Shown here: one piece after another, positions 1 to 9,322 of the stretch
Numbering within the stretch: the stretch's first letter is position 1
How the letters are laid out: each line of letters starts with the position of its first letter
NCBI GenBank assembly: GCA_958421275.1
Contig: CATZLI010000010.1
Location: forward strand, 417 to 64,416
Direction: 5' to 3'
DNA from: an uncultured Collinsella sp.
Lineage (GTDB): Bacteria; Actinomycetota; Coriobacteriia; Coriobacteriales; Coriobacteriaceae
DNA: 64,000 nt
Program-made: the position numbers and the translations under genes
The notes under the pieces: generated by a model
Seen by the model: only the letters and a program-made list of their open reading frames with translations
What the model was told of the DNA's origin: nothing
The model's database searches: none

Positions 1-833
1 ACGATATCGCCCGTGCCATGCTCAACGGTCGCCTGAATCTTATCGGTATGATCGTCCCCTATGTCAGCAGTCCGTTTCATGCCCAAGTGGTTCAAGTCAT
101 TGAGCATACCCTGGCCGAAAACGGTTTTAAGATGCTGCTGTGCAATAGCGCCAATCGACCCGAGCTTGAGCGCTCTTATATCGACATGCTTCGACGCAAT
201 ATGGTTGATGGCGTCATCGTCAACTCGCTTAATATCGGTGCCGAGGCGTATGCCGAGATGGGCTTGAGTCTGGTTGGTATCGACTGCGACCTTGGCGAGG
301 CCTCTGTTCAGATTGCGAGCGACAGCTATAGTATCGGCGAACTTGCCACGCGTCGCCTGATCGATGACGGGTGTTCGCGCATCCTGTGCCTGCGCAGCAA
401 TAGCCGCATGCGCATGCCTGCCAATAAGCGTACCGATGCCTACCTCGATGTTGTTGAGCAGGCCGGTTTGCCCGCGCTTGTCCGTGAGGTCGAGTTCGTT
501 AAGCCCGACGACGAAAAGAGCGCGGTCGTTGCGAAGATCCTCGATGAGAACCCCGATATTGACGGCATCTTTGCGGGAGACGACACGATGGCGGCTATCT
601 GTCTTAACGTGATGAAGCAGCGCGGCTTGAGCGCTCCGGGCGATATTAAGGTCGTGGGCGCGGATGGTGCCCGCCGCACTATGACGTTTATGCCTGACTT
701 AACAACCGTACGCCAAGATATCGATCGCATCGGAGAGCTCGCGGCGCAATCCATCATTGCTCTTATTAACGGCGAAAAGCCCGAATCGAATATCAAGCTC
801 CCCGTTGAACTCATTGAGGGTAAAACCGCGTAG
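1..833 (+). CDS. LacI-family transcriptional repressor, 5'-truncated by the window edge (effector-binding core only)
   Basis: The frame is open from base 3. It has a periplasmic-binding-protein-like LacI core (IGMIVPYVSSPFH, FAGDDTMA, TTVRQDI). It lies directly upstream of the sucrose PTS/GH32 genes. Confidence 0.8.
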   Translation, partial: DIARAMLNGRLNLIGMIVPYVSSPFHAQVVQVIEHTLAENGFKMLLCNSANRPELERSYIDMLRRNMVDGVIVNSLNIGAEAYAEMGLSLVGIDCDLGEASVQIASDSYSIGELATRRLIDDGCSRILCLRSNSRMRMPANKRTDAYLDVVEQAGLPALVREVEFVKPDDEKSAVVAKILDENPDIDGIFAGDDTMAAICLNVMKQRGLSAPGDIKVVGADGARRTMTFMPDLTTVRQDIDRIGELAAQSIIALINGEKPESNIKLPVELIEGKTA

Positions 834-936
834 TTCATCCCGTGCCAAAAGAATTCCTCAAACACCTCTGATGACCGTTCGCCGGCATATGTCAACCGTT
901 TGCCGACGACTGGAACTGCGAAAAGACGTATCGGTG

Positions 937-974
937 TGAAAACGTTTGACATATGAAAACGATTGACATATCTT
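937..974 (+). promoter_or_regulatory. Two tandem LacI-type operator-like sites overlapping a putative promoter of the GH32/PTS cluster
   Basis: TGAAAACGTTTGACA (937-951) and TGAAAACGATTGACA (954-968) resemble the TGnAAACGnTTnCA LacI/CcpA-type operator. TTGACA (946-951) is followed after 17 nt by TATCTT (969-974). A GAAAGGAAG RBS precedes the ATG at 1018. Confidence 0.35.
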
Positions 975-1017
975 GCAGTTGTACCGAGTTAGTATCTCGT
1001 GAGAAAGGAAGTCTCGG

Positions 1018-2400
1018 ATGCACAAGGTGTATTACCAGCCTGAGGGAATTTGGGTAGGCGACATCATGCCGTACGGCGAGGACGGCACGTTCTATCTCTA
1101 TCATCAGCGTGACACGCGAAACCCCGGACCTTTCGGAGAGCCGTTTGGCTGGGCACTCGCGACAACCAAGGACTTCGTCAATTACAAAGACTTTGGCGAG
1201 AGCCTTGAGCGTGGCGGCGACGAGGAAGTCGACCAGTATGTTTATGCCGGCACGGTGTTTAAGGTGGGCGACAAGTACCATGCGCTCTACACTGGTTGCA
1301 ATCGCGATAAGGTCAAGGCACGCTTGATGAAGCAGGTTCTTCTTCACGCAACGAGTGACGACGCCGTCAAGTGGGAGAAGAACATCGCCGAGACGCTGCT
1401 TCCGCCCCAGGAGGGTTACGATGACCGCAACTGGCGCGATCCCTTTGTGCTTTGGGATGAGGAGAACGAAGAGTACATGCTCATCCTCGGCACGCGTGTG
1501 GGCGAGGACAAGCGTCTGATGACCGGTCGTCTGGTCAAGTTCACCTCCAAGGACCTGGATACCTGGGAGTTCCAGGGCGACTGGTGGAATCCGGGCCTGT
1601 ACACCATGTTCGAGATGCCTGATCTCTTTAAGATGGGCGACTGGTGGTATCTGGTGTTCTCCGAGTACAGTGATGGCAACAAGACCCGTTACCGCATGTC
1701 TCGCTCTATCAACGGTCCTTGGATCACTCCTGCGGACGATTCCTTCGATGGCCGCGCGTACTATGCCGCGCGTACCGCATTTGACGGCGAGCGCCGCGTT
1801 CTCTTTGGTTGGGTTCCTACGCGTGACGAGGGCGGCGACCCCAGCTCTTACCTGTGGGGTGGCACCTTTATGCCCCTCGAGATCGTTCAGCGTGCCGACG
1901 GAACGCTCGGCACCAAGCTTCCTGACAGCATGCTTGGCGCCTTTGGCGAGGCTAAGGCAGTCGAGGCCTTTGAGCTCTCCTGCGAGTCGGGCAAGGTCGA
2001 GCAGGTGCTCGCCGCGGATGCCGGTTCCACCTATATGCTCGATGCCGACATCGAGCTCGCCGGTGACGCTGCCGGCTTCTCGGTGAAGCTTGCCGAGGAC
2101 GCCGAGTCCGGTCTTGCCTATGAGTTCCGCGCCAACCTGCGTGAGGGCAAGCTCGAGTTTACGGCGGCCCCCCAGTATCCGTGGTTCCAGGTCAACAACA
2201 TGGGCCTCGAGCGTCCGTTGTTCTTTAAGGGCGAGGGCACTCATCATGTGCGCCTGGTCGTTGACGACGATATCGCGACCATCTTTGTCGATGATGTTGC
2301 GCTTAACGCGCGCTTCTGCAATAAGCAGGGCCAGGGTGTGGCGCTGACGGTCACCGACGGTACGCTCAAGTGCGCAAATGCAACGATCGCGTCTCTGTAA
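1018..2400 (+). CDS. Glycoside hydrolase family 32 (beta-fructofuranosidase-like), non-canonical N-terminal motif
   Basis: 460-aa ORF with the GH32 RDP motif (WRDPFVLWDEE) and EC-like motif (FEMPDLF). The N-terminal nucleophile region is WVGDIMPYGEDG rather than WMNDPNG. Confidence 0.8.
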   Translation: MHKVYYQPEGIWVGDIMPYGEDGTFYLYHQRDTRNPGPFGEPFGWALATTKDFVNYKDFGESLERGGDEEVDQYVYAGTVFKVGDKYHALYTGCNRDKVKARLMKQVLLHATSDDAVKWEKNIAETLLPPQEGYDDRNWRDPFVLWDEENEEYMLILGTRVGEDKRLMTGRLVKFTSKDLDTWEFQGDWWNPGLYTMFEMPDLFKMGDWWYLVFSEYSDGNKTRYRMSRSINGPWITPADDSFDGRAYYAARTAFDGERRVLFGWVPTRDEGGDPSSYLWGGTFMPLEIVQRADGTLGTKLPDSMLGAFGEAKAVEAFELSCESGKVEQVLAADAGSTYMLDADIELAGDAAGFSVKLAEDAESGLAYEFRANLREGKLEFTAAPQYPWFQVNNMGLERPLFFKGEGTHHVRLVVDDDIATIFVDDVALNARFCNKQGQGVALTVTDGTLKCANATIASL

Positions 2401-2445
2401 TGGCATCAAAACGTCTTATGATTTCGTAAAGGAATGGAGAGGAAC

Positions 2446-3891
2446 ATGGACTACAAAGTAGTGTCTCAGCAAGTCGTCGATAACGTCGGCGGTTTGGAGA
2501 ACATCGAGGGCGCCACGCATTGCGTTACGCGTCTGCGTCTGGTGCTCAAGGATACGAGCAAGTACAACAAGGCCGAGCTCGAGAACATCGATGGCGTCAA
2601 GGGCGTGCTGTACAACAGCGGCCAGCTCATGATCATCTTCGGTACCGGTACCGTCAACAAGGTCTACGATGAGTTTATGGCTCTGACGGGCGTTAAGGAG
2701 ATCAGCGCTTCCGAGGTCAAGGGCGCCGAGGCGGACAAGAAGGGCAAGTTCTTCTCGGTCCTCAAGGTATTCTCGGACATCTTTATCCCCATCATTCCCG
2801 CCTTCGTCGGCGCCGCTATCATCATCGGCCTTAAGTCGCTGATCGTTGCCAACGGCCTCTTTGGCATGGAGGGCAGCCTTGCCGATCACAGCGAGTTCCT
2901 CAAGAACCTCGCAAGCTTCTTTGCCATTATCGCCACCACGTTTGACTACCTGCCTGTCCTGGTTATGTACAGCGCGGTGAAGCGTTTTGGCGGTAACCCG
3001 ATTCTGGGCATACTCGTCGGTATCGTCATGGTTCACCCGAGCCTTATGAACCGTAACGCGTTCGTTATGGACCCGACGGGTGCTGAGTACTGGAACTTCG
3101 GTCCGCTCTCCATTCCCATGGTTGCTTTCCAGGGCGGCGTGTTCCCTGCAATCCTGACTGCCTGGTTTATGGCCAAGGTCGAGAAGATTGCCCAGAAGTA
3201 CATCCCCGAGGTCGTTTCGTTCGTCTTTGTCCCGACCGTTACCCTGATTCTTGCTAACGTCGCCCTGTTCACCGTGTTCGGCCCGCTCGGCAACCTGATC
3301 GGCGACGTCCTCGCCGGCGTAATCGATATCCTGTACAACAGGATGGGCGTCTTCGGTGCCTTTGTCTTTGCCGCATTCCTGCAGCCGCTCGTCGTTACCG
3401 GTACGCATCAGTTCATCCAGGGTATCGAGGCAAACCTCGTTGCCACGACTGGCTTCAACTACATCCAGGCAATCTGGTCGGTTTCCATCATCGCCCAGGG
3501 CGGCGGCGCCATCGGCATGTACCTCATTCACAAGAAGCATTCCAAAGAGCGCAACATCTGCATGTCGTCCTTTATCCCGACGCTGGTCGGTATCTCCGAG
3601 CCCGCAATCTTTGCTGCAAACATGCGCTACTCGATCATCCCGTTCATCTGCGCTTGCATCGGTGCAGGCTGCGGCGGTGCCTTCGTGAAGCTCTTTGAGG
3701 TGCGCGCCATCGGTCAGGGTCTGACCGGCGTGCTTGGCCTGCTCATCGTTACGCCCGAGACGCTCGTGTGGTATGTGGCTGGCAATCTCATCGCCTTCAT
3801 CGTGCCGATCGTCTTGATCTTTGCCTACAACAAGGCAAAGGGCGTGCCGACCACCGATGAAGAGGGCGCTGGCTTCGACGTTAGCTTCTAG
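2446..3891 (+). CDS. scrA: PTS EIIBC component, sucrose/beta-glucoside type
   Basis: EIIB phospho-cysteine motif HCVTRLRL near the N-terminus, followed by a polytopic EIIC region. Start taken at MDYKVV after GGAGAGGAAC. Flanked by GH32 genes and a LacI repressor. Confidence 0.8.
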   Translation: MDYKVVSQQVVDNVGGLENIEGATHCVTRLRLVLKDTSKYNKAELENIDGVKGVLYNSGQLMIIFGTGTVNKVYDEFMALTGVKEISASEVKGAEADKKGKFFSVLKVFSDIFIPIIPAFVGAAIIIGLKSLIVANGLFGMEGSLADHSEFLKNLASFFAIIATTFDYLPVLVMYSAVKRFGGNPILGILVGIVMVHPSLMNRNAFVMDPTGAEYWNFGPLSIPMVAFQGGVFPAILTAWFMAKVEKIAQKYIPEVVSFVFVPTVTLILANVALFTVFGPLGNLIGDVLAGVIDILYNRMGVFGAFVFAAFLQPLVVTGTHQFIQGIEANLVATTGFNYIQAIWSVSIIAQGGGAIGMYLIHKKHSKERNICMSSFIPTLVGISEPAIFAANMRYSIIPFICACIGAGCGGAFVKLFEVRAIGQGLTGVLGLLIVTPETLVWYVAGNLIAFIVPIVLIFAYNKAKGVPTTDEEGAGFDVSF

Positions 3892-3986
3892 TTGAGCCGT
3901 TCAGCGTAATGTGCGGATAAGTCCATTTGGGGAAGGGCGTTCGGCTCGTGTGAGTCGAGCGTCCTTTCCTATAGACGAGAAGGTCA

Positions 3987-5435
3987 ATGGCGATGTTTAA
4001 TCAAAAAAACAAGGTGATGCGTGCGGACTATGAGCAGTGGCGTGCCGGACAGGATGAGACGGCGGCTCGCATCGCGTCCGACCCCGATAGGCTTTTGTTC
4101 CATGTGGAGCCTGAGCTTGGCTGGCTCAACGACCCCAATGGTTTGGTTCAGATTGGTGATACGTATCACATCTATCATCAATACGATCCGTTCGATGCTG
4201 CGCATGGCGGTCCAGTGCTTTGGAACCATCTGACGACAAAGGATTTTGTGACGTACGAGAATCACGGTCCCGTGCTGTTCCCCGATTCCGATTTGGATTC
4301 GAGTGGAGCGTATTCTGGTTCTGCCTTTGTACGTGATGGCAAGATTCACTACTTCTATACCGGCAACGTTAAGCATTTTGACCGTGATGATTACGACTAC
4401 GTGTTGACGGGCCGTGAGCAAAACCAGATTCATATGGTTGCCGAGAATCCTGACGAATTGGGCGAGAAGCATATGGCTGTTGGGCCGGTCGATTACCCCG
4501 ACGATATCGGTACGCACGTACGCGACCCCAAGATCCTTGAGCACGATGGTATCTACTACATGGTTTTGGGCGCTCGTACGAAAGACGACCGTGGCTGTGT
4601 GCTTGTCTATACTTCACGCGATCTAGAGGGCTGGAGCTATGCGACGCGCATTGAGCTGGGCGAGAAGTTTGGCTTTATGTGGGAGTGCCCTGATCTGTTT
4701 GAGCTTGATGGCGAGCTTGTTCTCGTTTGCTGTCCGCAGGGTGTGCCTGCCGATGGTTGGCGTTACCGCAATCCGCATCAGTGCGTGTGGTTCCCTATCG
4801 AGGCCGATTGGGAGGCGCCGAGTTTTAAGATCACCGGGCAGGGCATGCCCCCGATGGTCGATGCCGGTTTTGATTTCTATGCTCCGCAGTCCTTTGAGGA
4901 TGCTGCAGGCCGGCGTTTGATGATCGGATGGTCGGGTTGCCCCGATGCGACGGCGGAAAACCCGACGGTGGCGCGCGGGTGGCAGTGCGCGTTGACGGTG
5001 CCGCGAGAGCTGAGCATGCGCGATGGTAAGCTCTGCCAGCAGCCGGCGCACGAGATTGGGAGGATGCGCGGCGACTGCGTTCGCGCGACAGGCGGTGAAA
5101 CCGTTGAGGAGCCGGGCCGCCTGTTTGATCTTGTGGTTTCCTGCGAGGGCGCCAAGATGGTCGAGCTCGAAATCCGCAAGGGTGTCTTTGTGCGTTATAC
5201 GGACGGGATGCTTACCCTCGATATGGGTGACGAAGGCTATGGGCGCGACCAGAGGTCGATTGAGCTCGGCGAGCTTCGCGACCTACGCGTGCTTTCGGAC
5301 ACTACGATGGTCGAGATTTTTGCAAATGGCGGCGAGACGGCACTTACGAGCCGTACCTATTCGCCGGCGGTTCCGGCGATGGAGCTGCACGCCGAGGGTG
5401 CGGCATCGATGGATTTCTACCGCCTCGCGCATTAA
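3987..5435 (+). CDS. scrB: Sucrose-6-phosphate hydrolase (GH32)
   Basis: Canonical GH32 motifs: WLNDPNGLVQ, RDPKI, WECPDLF. Confidence 0.85.
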   Translation: MAMFNQKNKVMRADYEQWRAGQDETAARIASDPDRLLFHVEPELGWLNDPNGLVQIGDTYHIYHQYDPFDAAHGGPVLWNHLTTKDFVTYENHGPVLFPDSDLDSSGAYSGSAFVRDGKIHYFYTGNVKHFDRDDYDYVLTGREQNQIHMVAENPDELGEKHMAVGPVDYPDDIGTHVRDPKILEHDGIYYMVLGARTKDDRGCVLVYTSRDLEGWSYATRIELGEKFGFMWECPDLFELDGELVLVCCPQGVPADGWRYRNPHQCVWFPIEADWEAPSFKITGQGMPPMVDAGFDFYAPQSFEDAAGRRLMIGWSGCPDATAENPTVARGWQCALTVPRELSMRDGKLCQQPAHEIGRMRGDCVRATGGETVEEPGRLFDLVVSCEGAKMVELEIRKGVFVRYTDGMLTLDMGDEGYGRDQRSIELGELRDLRVLSDTTMVEIFANGGETALTSRTYSPAVPAMELHAEGAASMDFYRLAH

Positions 5436-5711
5436 CCGTGCGTGGAGCACGATTTGACTTGCCGGGCGGAATGTGTCGCAGTTGCCGCAGCGAACTACCG
5501 TTTATCGTGTATAGCTACCGTTTGCGGAGTAAGTAACACATTGTTGCAAACCGTGTAGAATCCTAAATAAGCACGGAGTTTTCCAGGGAGACGCTGTCCT
5601 TTGTTGTGTGCAAGGGGCGGCGTCTCTTTGGTGCTTGGATGCTGTTGTGCAACAGTGCGGCGGCGCGTGCCATGTATTGAAAAGCCAATGTTGAGATGGG
5701 TCGTGATAATA

Positions 5712-6566
5712 ATGGGCAAGTACGTAATCGTGGTTGAGTCTGGGTCGGATGTGACGCCGGAGCTTTGCGAACGCTACGGCATCGTGCGCGTGCCCATGCA
5801 TGTCACGATTGGTGACGAGACCGTCGAGGACGGTTCGATCGATCCGCTCGAGATTTATTCACGCTGCAACGAGTTTGGCGTAATGCCCAAAACCAGCGGC
5901 TGCGCGCCTGCGGATTTTGCTCACGTGTACGACCGTATCCATGCCGAGCAGCCCGATGCGACCATTCTGCATCTTGCGTACTCCGAGGCCACGACCTGCT
6001 CGCATCAATCATCGAAGATCGCCGCCAAGGGGCGCGACTACGTCTACTCCATGGACACGCGCTTTGTCTCGGTGGGCCAGTCGCTCGTTGTCGTCGAGAC
6101 CGCCAAATACATCGAGGCTCACCCCGATGCCACCGTCGACGAGATCTTTGCATTTACGAATTCCGTCATGGACCGCGTGCTGCTGGGCTTTGTTCCTACC
6201 GATCTTGCCTTTCTTAAGGCGGGCGGTCGCTTGTCCAACGTCGCATTCCTTGGCGCCCATCTGCTCAAGATTAAGCCCTGCATTGAGGTGACGGGCGGCA
6301 AGTTCGTGGCGACCAAGAAGTTCCGCGGCTCTATGCTCAAGTGCGCCCGCGCCTTTATTGACCACATGGTTGCGAAGGGCGAGATTGACTACTCGCACAT
6401 TGGCCTGGCGTATTCGGTGGGCCTTTCCCAGGAGCTGCGCGATGACATGGAGGTCTATGCGCATGATCTGGGCTTTAAGGACGTTACCTGGACTCAGGTC
6501 GGCGGCGTCATCTCGAGCCATTGCGGCCCGACCGCCTTCGGTGCGGTGCTCACGCTTAAGGCGTAA
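5712..6566 (+). CDS. DegV family fatty-acid-binding protein
   Basis: Typical DegV N-terminus MGKYVIVVESGSDVTPE and typical length. The upstream part of ORF 5601.. looks like a non-coding extension. Confidence 0.8.
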   Translation: MGKYVIVVESGSDVTPELCERYGIVRVPMHVTIGDETVEDGSIDPLEIYSRCNEFGVMPKTSGCAPADFAHVYDRIHAEQPDATILHLAYSEATTCSHQSSKIAAKGRDYVYSMDTRFVSVGQSLVVVETAKYIEAHPDATVDEIFAFTNSVMDRVLLGFVPTDLAFLKAGGRLSNVAFLGAHLLKIKPCIEVTGGKFVATKKFRGSMLKCARAFIDHMVAKGEIDYSHIGLAYSVGLSQELRDDMEVYAHDLGFKDVTWTQVGGVISSHCGPTAFGAVLTLKA

Positions 6567-6740
6567 AGGCCGCAGGCGAGCGTTCTTCAGTCTGACATCT
6601 CGACGTAGACCCCAACCATGGTGATGGGGGATAGATTAAAACGTGCCATTCTATCCCGAGACGTTTAAACGCAAACGCATGGGCTAGAATGGCTCTGGCA
6701 TTTTAATTGGTTACATCCAAGGAGAGGCAAGGTAGCGCGA

Positions 6741-7559
6741 ATGGCAGAAATGACGCTTGAGGGTGTGGACGCTCGTCCCGAGGACTCTGCGTTTGCCCTT
6801 GGCCGCGTGCATTCGATCGAGACGATGGGAACGGTCGACGGACCCGGCATCCGCTTTGTGGTGTTTGTTCAGGGCTGTCCCATGCGCTGCGCGTATTGCC
6901 ACAATCCCGATACCTGGTCGGTCAACGGCGGCACCATGGTGACCGTCGAGCACCTGATGGATGAGTTCCAGAGTAACCACGAGTTCTATCGCAGCGGTGG
7001 CATTACGGTGTCCGGCGGCGAGCCTCTCCTGCAGCCTGAGTTTTTGGCCGATCTGTTTCATGCCATGCATAACAACCCCGATGGCCGTGTGCATACCTGC
7101 CTGGATAGCTGTGGCTATGCATTTGACCCCAACCACCCCGAGAAGTTTGATGCCGTGCTCAACGAGACCGACATGGTACTGCTCGATATCAAGCATGCCG
7201 ACCCGGTCGAGCATAAAAAGCTGACCGGTTGTGATCCCGCACGCATCCTGGCGTTTGGTGATGAGCTTGCGCGTCGCAAGATTAAGGTCGTTATCCGTCA
7301 CGTGGTGGTACCGGGCATTACCGACACGGTGGAGGAGTGCGAGGCGCTCGGTCGTTTAATCGCCCCGTGGCATAACGTGGTGGGCTTGGAAATGCTGCCG
7401 TATCACACGATGGGCGTCGTCAAGTACGAGCAACTGGGCATTCCCTATAAGCTTGAGGGCGTTCCACAGATGGATACCGCGCGCATGCCCGAGCTGCGCA
7501 ATGCCGTCATGGCCGGTATGAAAAAGCGCCGTGCGGAGCTCAGGTCGGCCATCGGCTAA
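6741..7559 (+). CDS. pflA: Glycyl-radical enzyme activating protein (pyruvate formate-lyase activase type)
   Basis: VDGPGIRFVVFVQGCPMRCAYCHNPDTW is the radical-SAM CxxxCxxC cluster motif of PflA-type activases. Length is about 270 aa. Confidence 0.85.
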   Translation: MAEMTLEGVDARPEDSAFALGRVHSIETMGTVDGPGIRFVVFVQGCPMRCAYCHNPDTWSVNGGTMVTVEHLMDEFQSNHEFYRSGGITVSGGEPLLQPEFLADLFHAMHNNPDGRVHTCLDSCGYAFDPNHPEKFDAVLNETDMVLLDIKHADPVEHKKLTGCDPARILAFGDELARRKIKVVIRHVVVPGITDTVEECEALGRLIAPWHNVVGLEMLPYHTMGVVKYEQLGIPYKLEGVPQMDTARMPELRNAVMAGMKKRRAELRSAIG

Positions 7560-7685
7560 CAAGCCATTTTTGCCCCTTTATGATACCCGAGCTGTACTGG
7601 CCTAACGGCTTGGTGCTGACGCGGTTGAGCCAAAATGCTGGTACCATACCGTGGATAAGCAATTTGCACGGATTTGGGGGATGGC

Positions 7686-8426
7686 ATGGCAACCATCGCG
7701 ATCATAGGCGCACTCGAAAAAGAGGTTGCGCAGATTAAGGAAGAGCTGAGTGGCGCGCATGAGTCGCAGGAGGCGGGCTTGACCGTTGTGAGCGGTGAGC
7801 TCGACGGTTTGTCCGTTGTTGCTACGACCGCTGGCATGGGAACCGTAAACGCCGCGGCGGCAACGCAGCATCTCATCAGCAAATATGCCCCGCAGGCCGT
7901 TGTGTTTTCGGGCATTGCGGGTGGCCTAAACCCTAAGCTCCATATTAACGACGTGGTTATAGGCAAGTGTCTGCGTTATCTGGATACCGACACGACGCTC
8001 ATTGCCGAGTCGGCACCGGGGCTTGAGGAATTTGCCTCGACACCGGCTTTGGTTGATATTGCAGCTGTCGTGCTTGTCGAGCATGGGTTTGTGGACGCAT
8101 CGTCGGATATGGCGGCTGCCGAGAAGGACCCCAAGCAGTTCCTGTGTGGCACTATCGCCACGGGTGACCGCTTTGTTACGGGTGACGCCATGCGTAACGC
8201 TGCGATTGAGGCCACGCATGCCGATTGCGTCGAGATGGAGGGTGCGGCAATTGCGCACATCGCGGCCAAGAATGGTGTCGATTGCCTAGTGCTGCGCGCT
8301 ATCAGCGATAATTGTGACGAGGCATATGACGCGTTTTGCGAGCGCGAGTTCGATCTGGATGAGTACGCTCGCACCGCGAGCGGCATCACGCTTGACATCG
8401 TTCGTAGTATCGCCGCCGCGCAATAG
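7686..8426 (+). CDS. mtnN: 5'-methylthioadenosine/S-adenosylhomocysteine nucleosidase
   Basis: IAIIGALEKEV, GMGTVNAAAATQ and VEMEGAAIAH are hallmark Pfs/MtnN motifs. The ATG at 7686 follows GGGGGA. Confidence 0.85.
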   Translation: MATIAIIGALEKEVAQIKEELSGAHESQEAGLTVVSGELDGLSVVATTAGMGTVNAAAATQHLISKYAPQAVVFSGIAGGLNPKLHINDVVIGKCLRYLDTDTTLIAESAPGLEEFASTPALVDIAAVVLVEHGFVDASSDMAAAEKDPKQFLCGTIATGDRFVTGDAMRNAAIEATHADCVEMEGAAIAHIAAKNGVDCLVLRAISDNCDEAYDAFCEREFDLDEYARTASGITLDIVRSIAAAQ

Positions 8427-8465
8427 CACGCCCGTTTTGTAAAAACCTACGACCAAGGAGTGTCC

Positions 8466-9056
8466 ATGGCCGATTCAATTAACTACCAGCTTGCCAAGTT
8501 CGTCGCCAGCTACGGCAAGGTTTCGCAGATTCCCGAGTCCACCTGCCCTGAGGTGAGCTTCGTCGGCCGCTCCAACGTGGGCAAGTCCTCCATCATGAAC
8601 AAGCTATTTGGCCGCAAGAACCTGGTCAAGGTTTCAAGCACGCCGGGCAAGACGAGCAACATCAATTTCTTCGAGGCCGACGACGTGCACTTTGTGGACC
8701 TGCCGGGCTACGGTTTCGCCCGTCGTTCCAAGGCCGAGCGCGACCGCTGGGCTGAGCTTATCGGCGACTTCTTTGACTCCGAGCGCAGCTTTAACCTGGT
8801 CGTATCGCTGGTGGATATTCGTCACGACCCCAGTAAGCTCGACCATGACATGATCGACTACCTGCAGGGCAACGAGTTCAACTTTATCGTCTGCCTCACC
8901 AAGGCCGACAAGCTCAGCCGCACCCAACAGGCCCGCCAGGCAGCAGCCATCAAAAAACAGCTCAACGTCCCGGCCGAGAACGTAATCATCACAAGCTCCC
9001 AGACCGGCGTGGGCATCGACGAACTCAAGCGCCGCATCGCCGAGGCCTGCCTCTAG
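8466..9056 (+). CDS. engB: Ribosome-biogenesis GTPase YihA/YsxC (EngB)
   Basis: G1 motif GRSNVGKSS, DLPGYGF, and G4 motif TKADK. An AAGGAG RBS lies 5 nt before the ATG at 8466. Confidence 0.85.
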   Translation: MADSINYQLAKFVASYGKVSQIPESTCPEVSFVGRSNVGKSSIMNKLFGRKNLVKVSSTPGKTSNINFFEADDVHFVDLPGYGFARRSKAERDRWAELIGDFFDSERSFNLVVSLVDIRHDPSKLDHDMIDYLQGNEFNFIVCLTKADKLSRTQQARQAAAIKKQLNVPAENVIITSSQTGVGIDELKRRIAEACL

Positions 9057-9135
9057 TAAGGGCTCCAGCCTAGCAAGAGCCCCTATCAATAAAGGGCCAT
9101 ATATTTCAGCCCGGCGCCCCTTCAAAGCGTGGGTC

Positions 9136-9322
9136 CCTGTAGACATCCTCAGCAAGGTAGGCGCAGGGACGGTCGGGATGTTCCCTCAAAATCATTCCGC
9201 AGCGCGAAGGCCCCTTGTCCGTCGCTCCGTAGGAGCAGGGCAAGGGGCCTTCATGCGCGAGGACGATTTTGAGGGAACATCCCGACCGTCCCGGACAGGT
9301 ATATGAGGAGGATGTCTACAGG
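9136..9322. repeat. Roughly 190-bp three-tier imperfect palindrome between convergent engB and thrB
   Basis: Outer arms 9136-9150 / 9308-9322, middle arms 9166-9193 / 9265-9292, inner arms 9207-9218 / 9241-9252, apical stem-loop 9224-9236. All pairings were read directly from the sequence. Confidence 0.75.

Noticed and set aside
892-2409. 505-aa minus-strand ORF opposite the first GH32 gene. Similar long antisense ORFs occur at 2416-3540, 10503-11732, 12224-13402, 24116-25705, 37611-38810, 50353-51492 and 52348-53460.
   Set aside because: Each lies exactly opposite a gene with strong family motifs and has the Arg/Gly/Ala/Leu-rich composition expected from reading GC-rich codons backwards. 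None has a credible start context.
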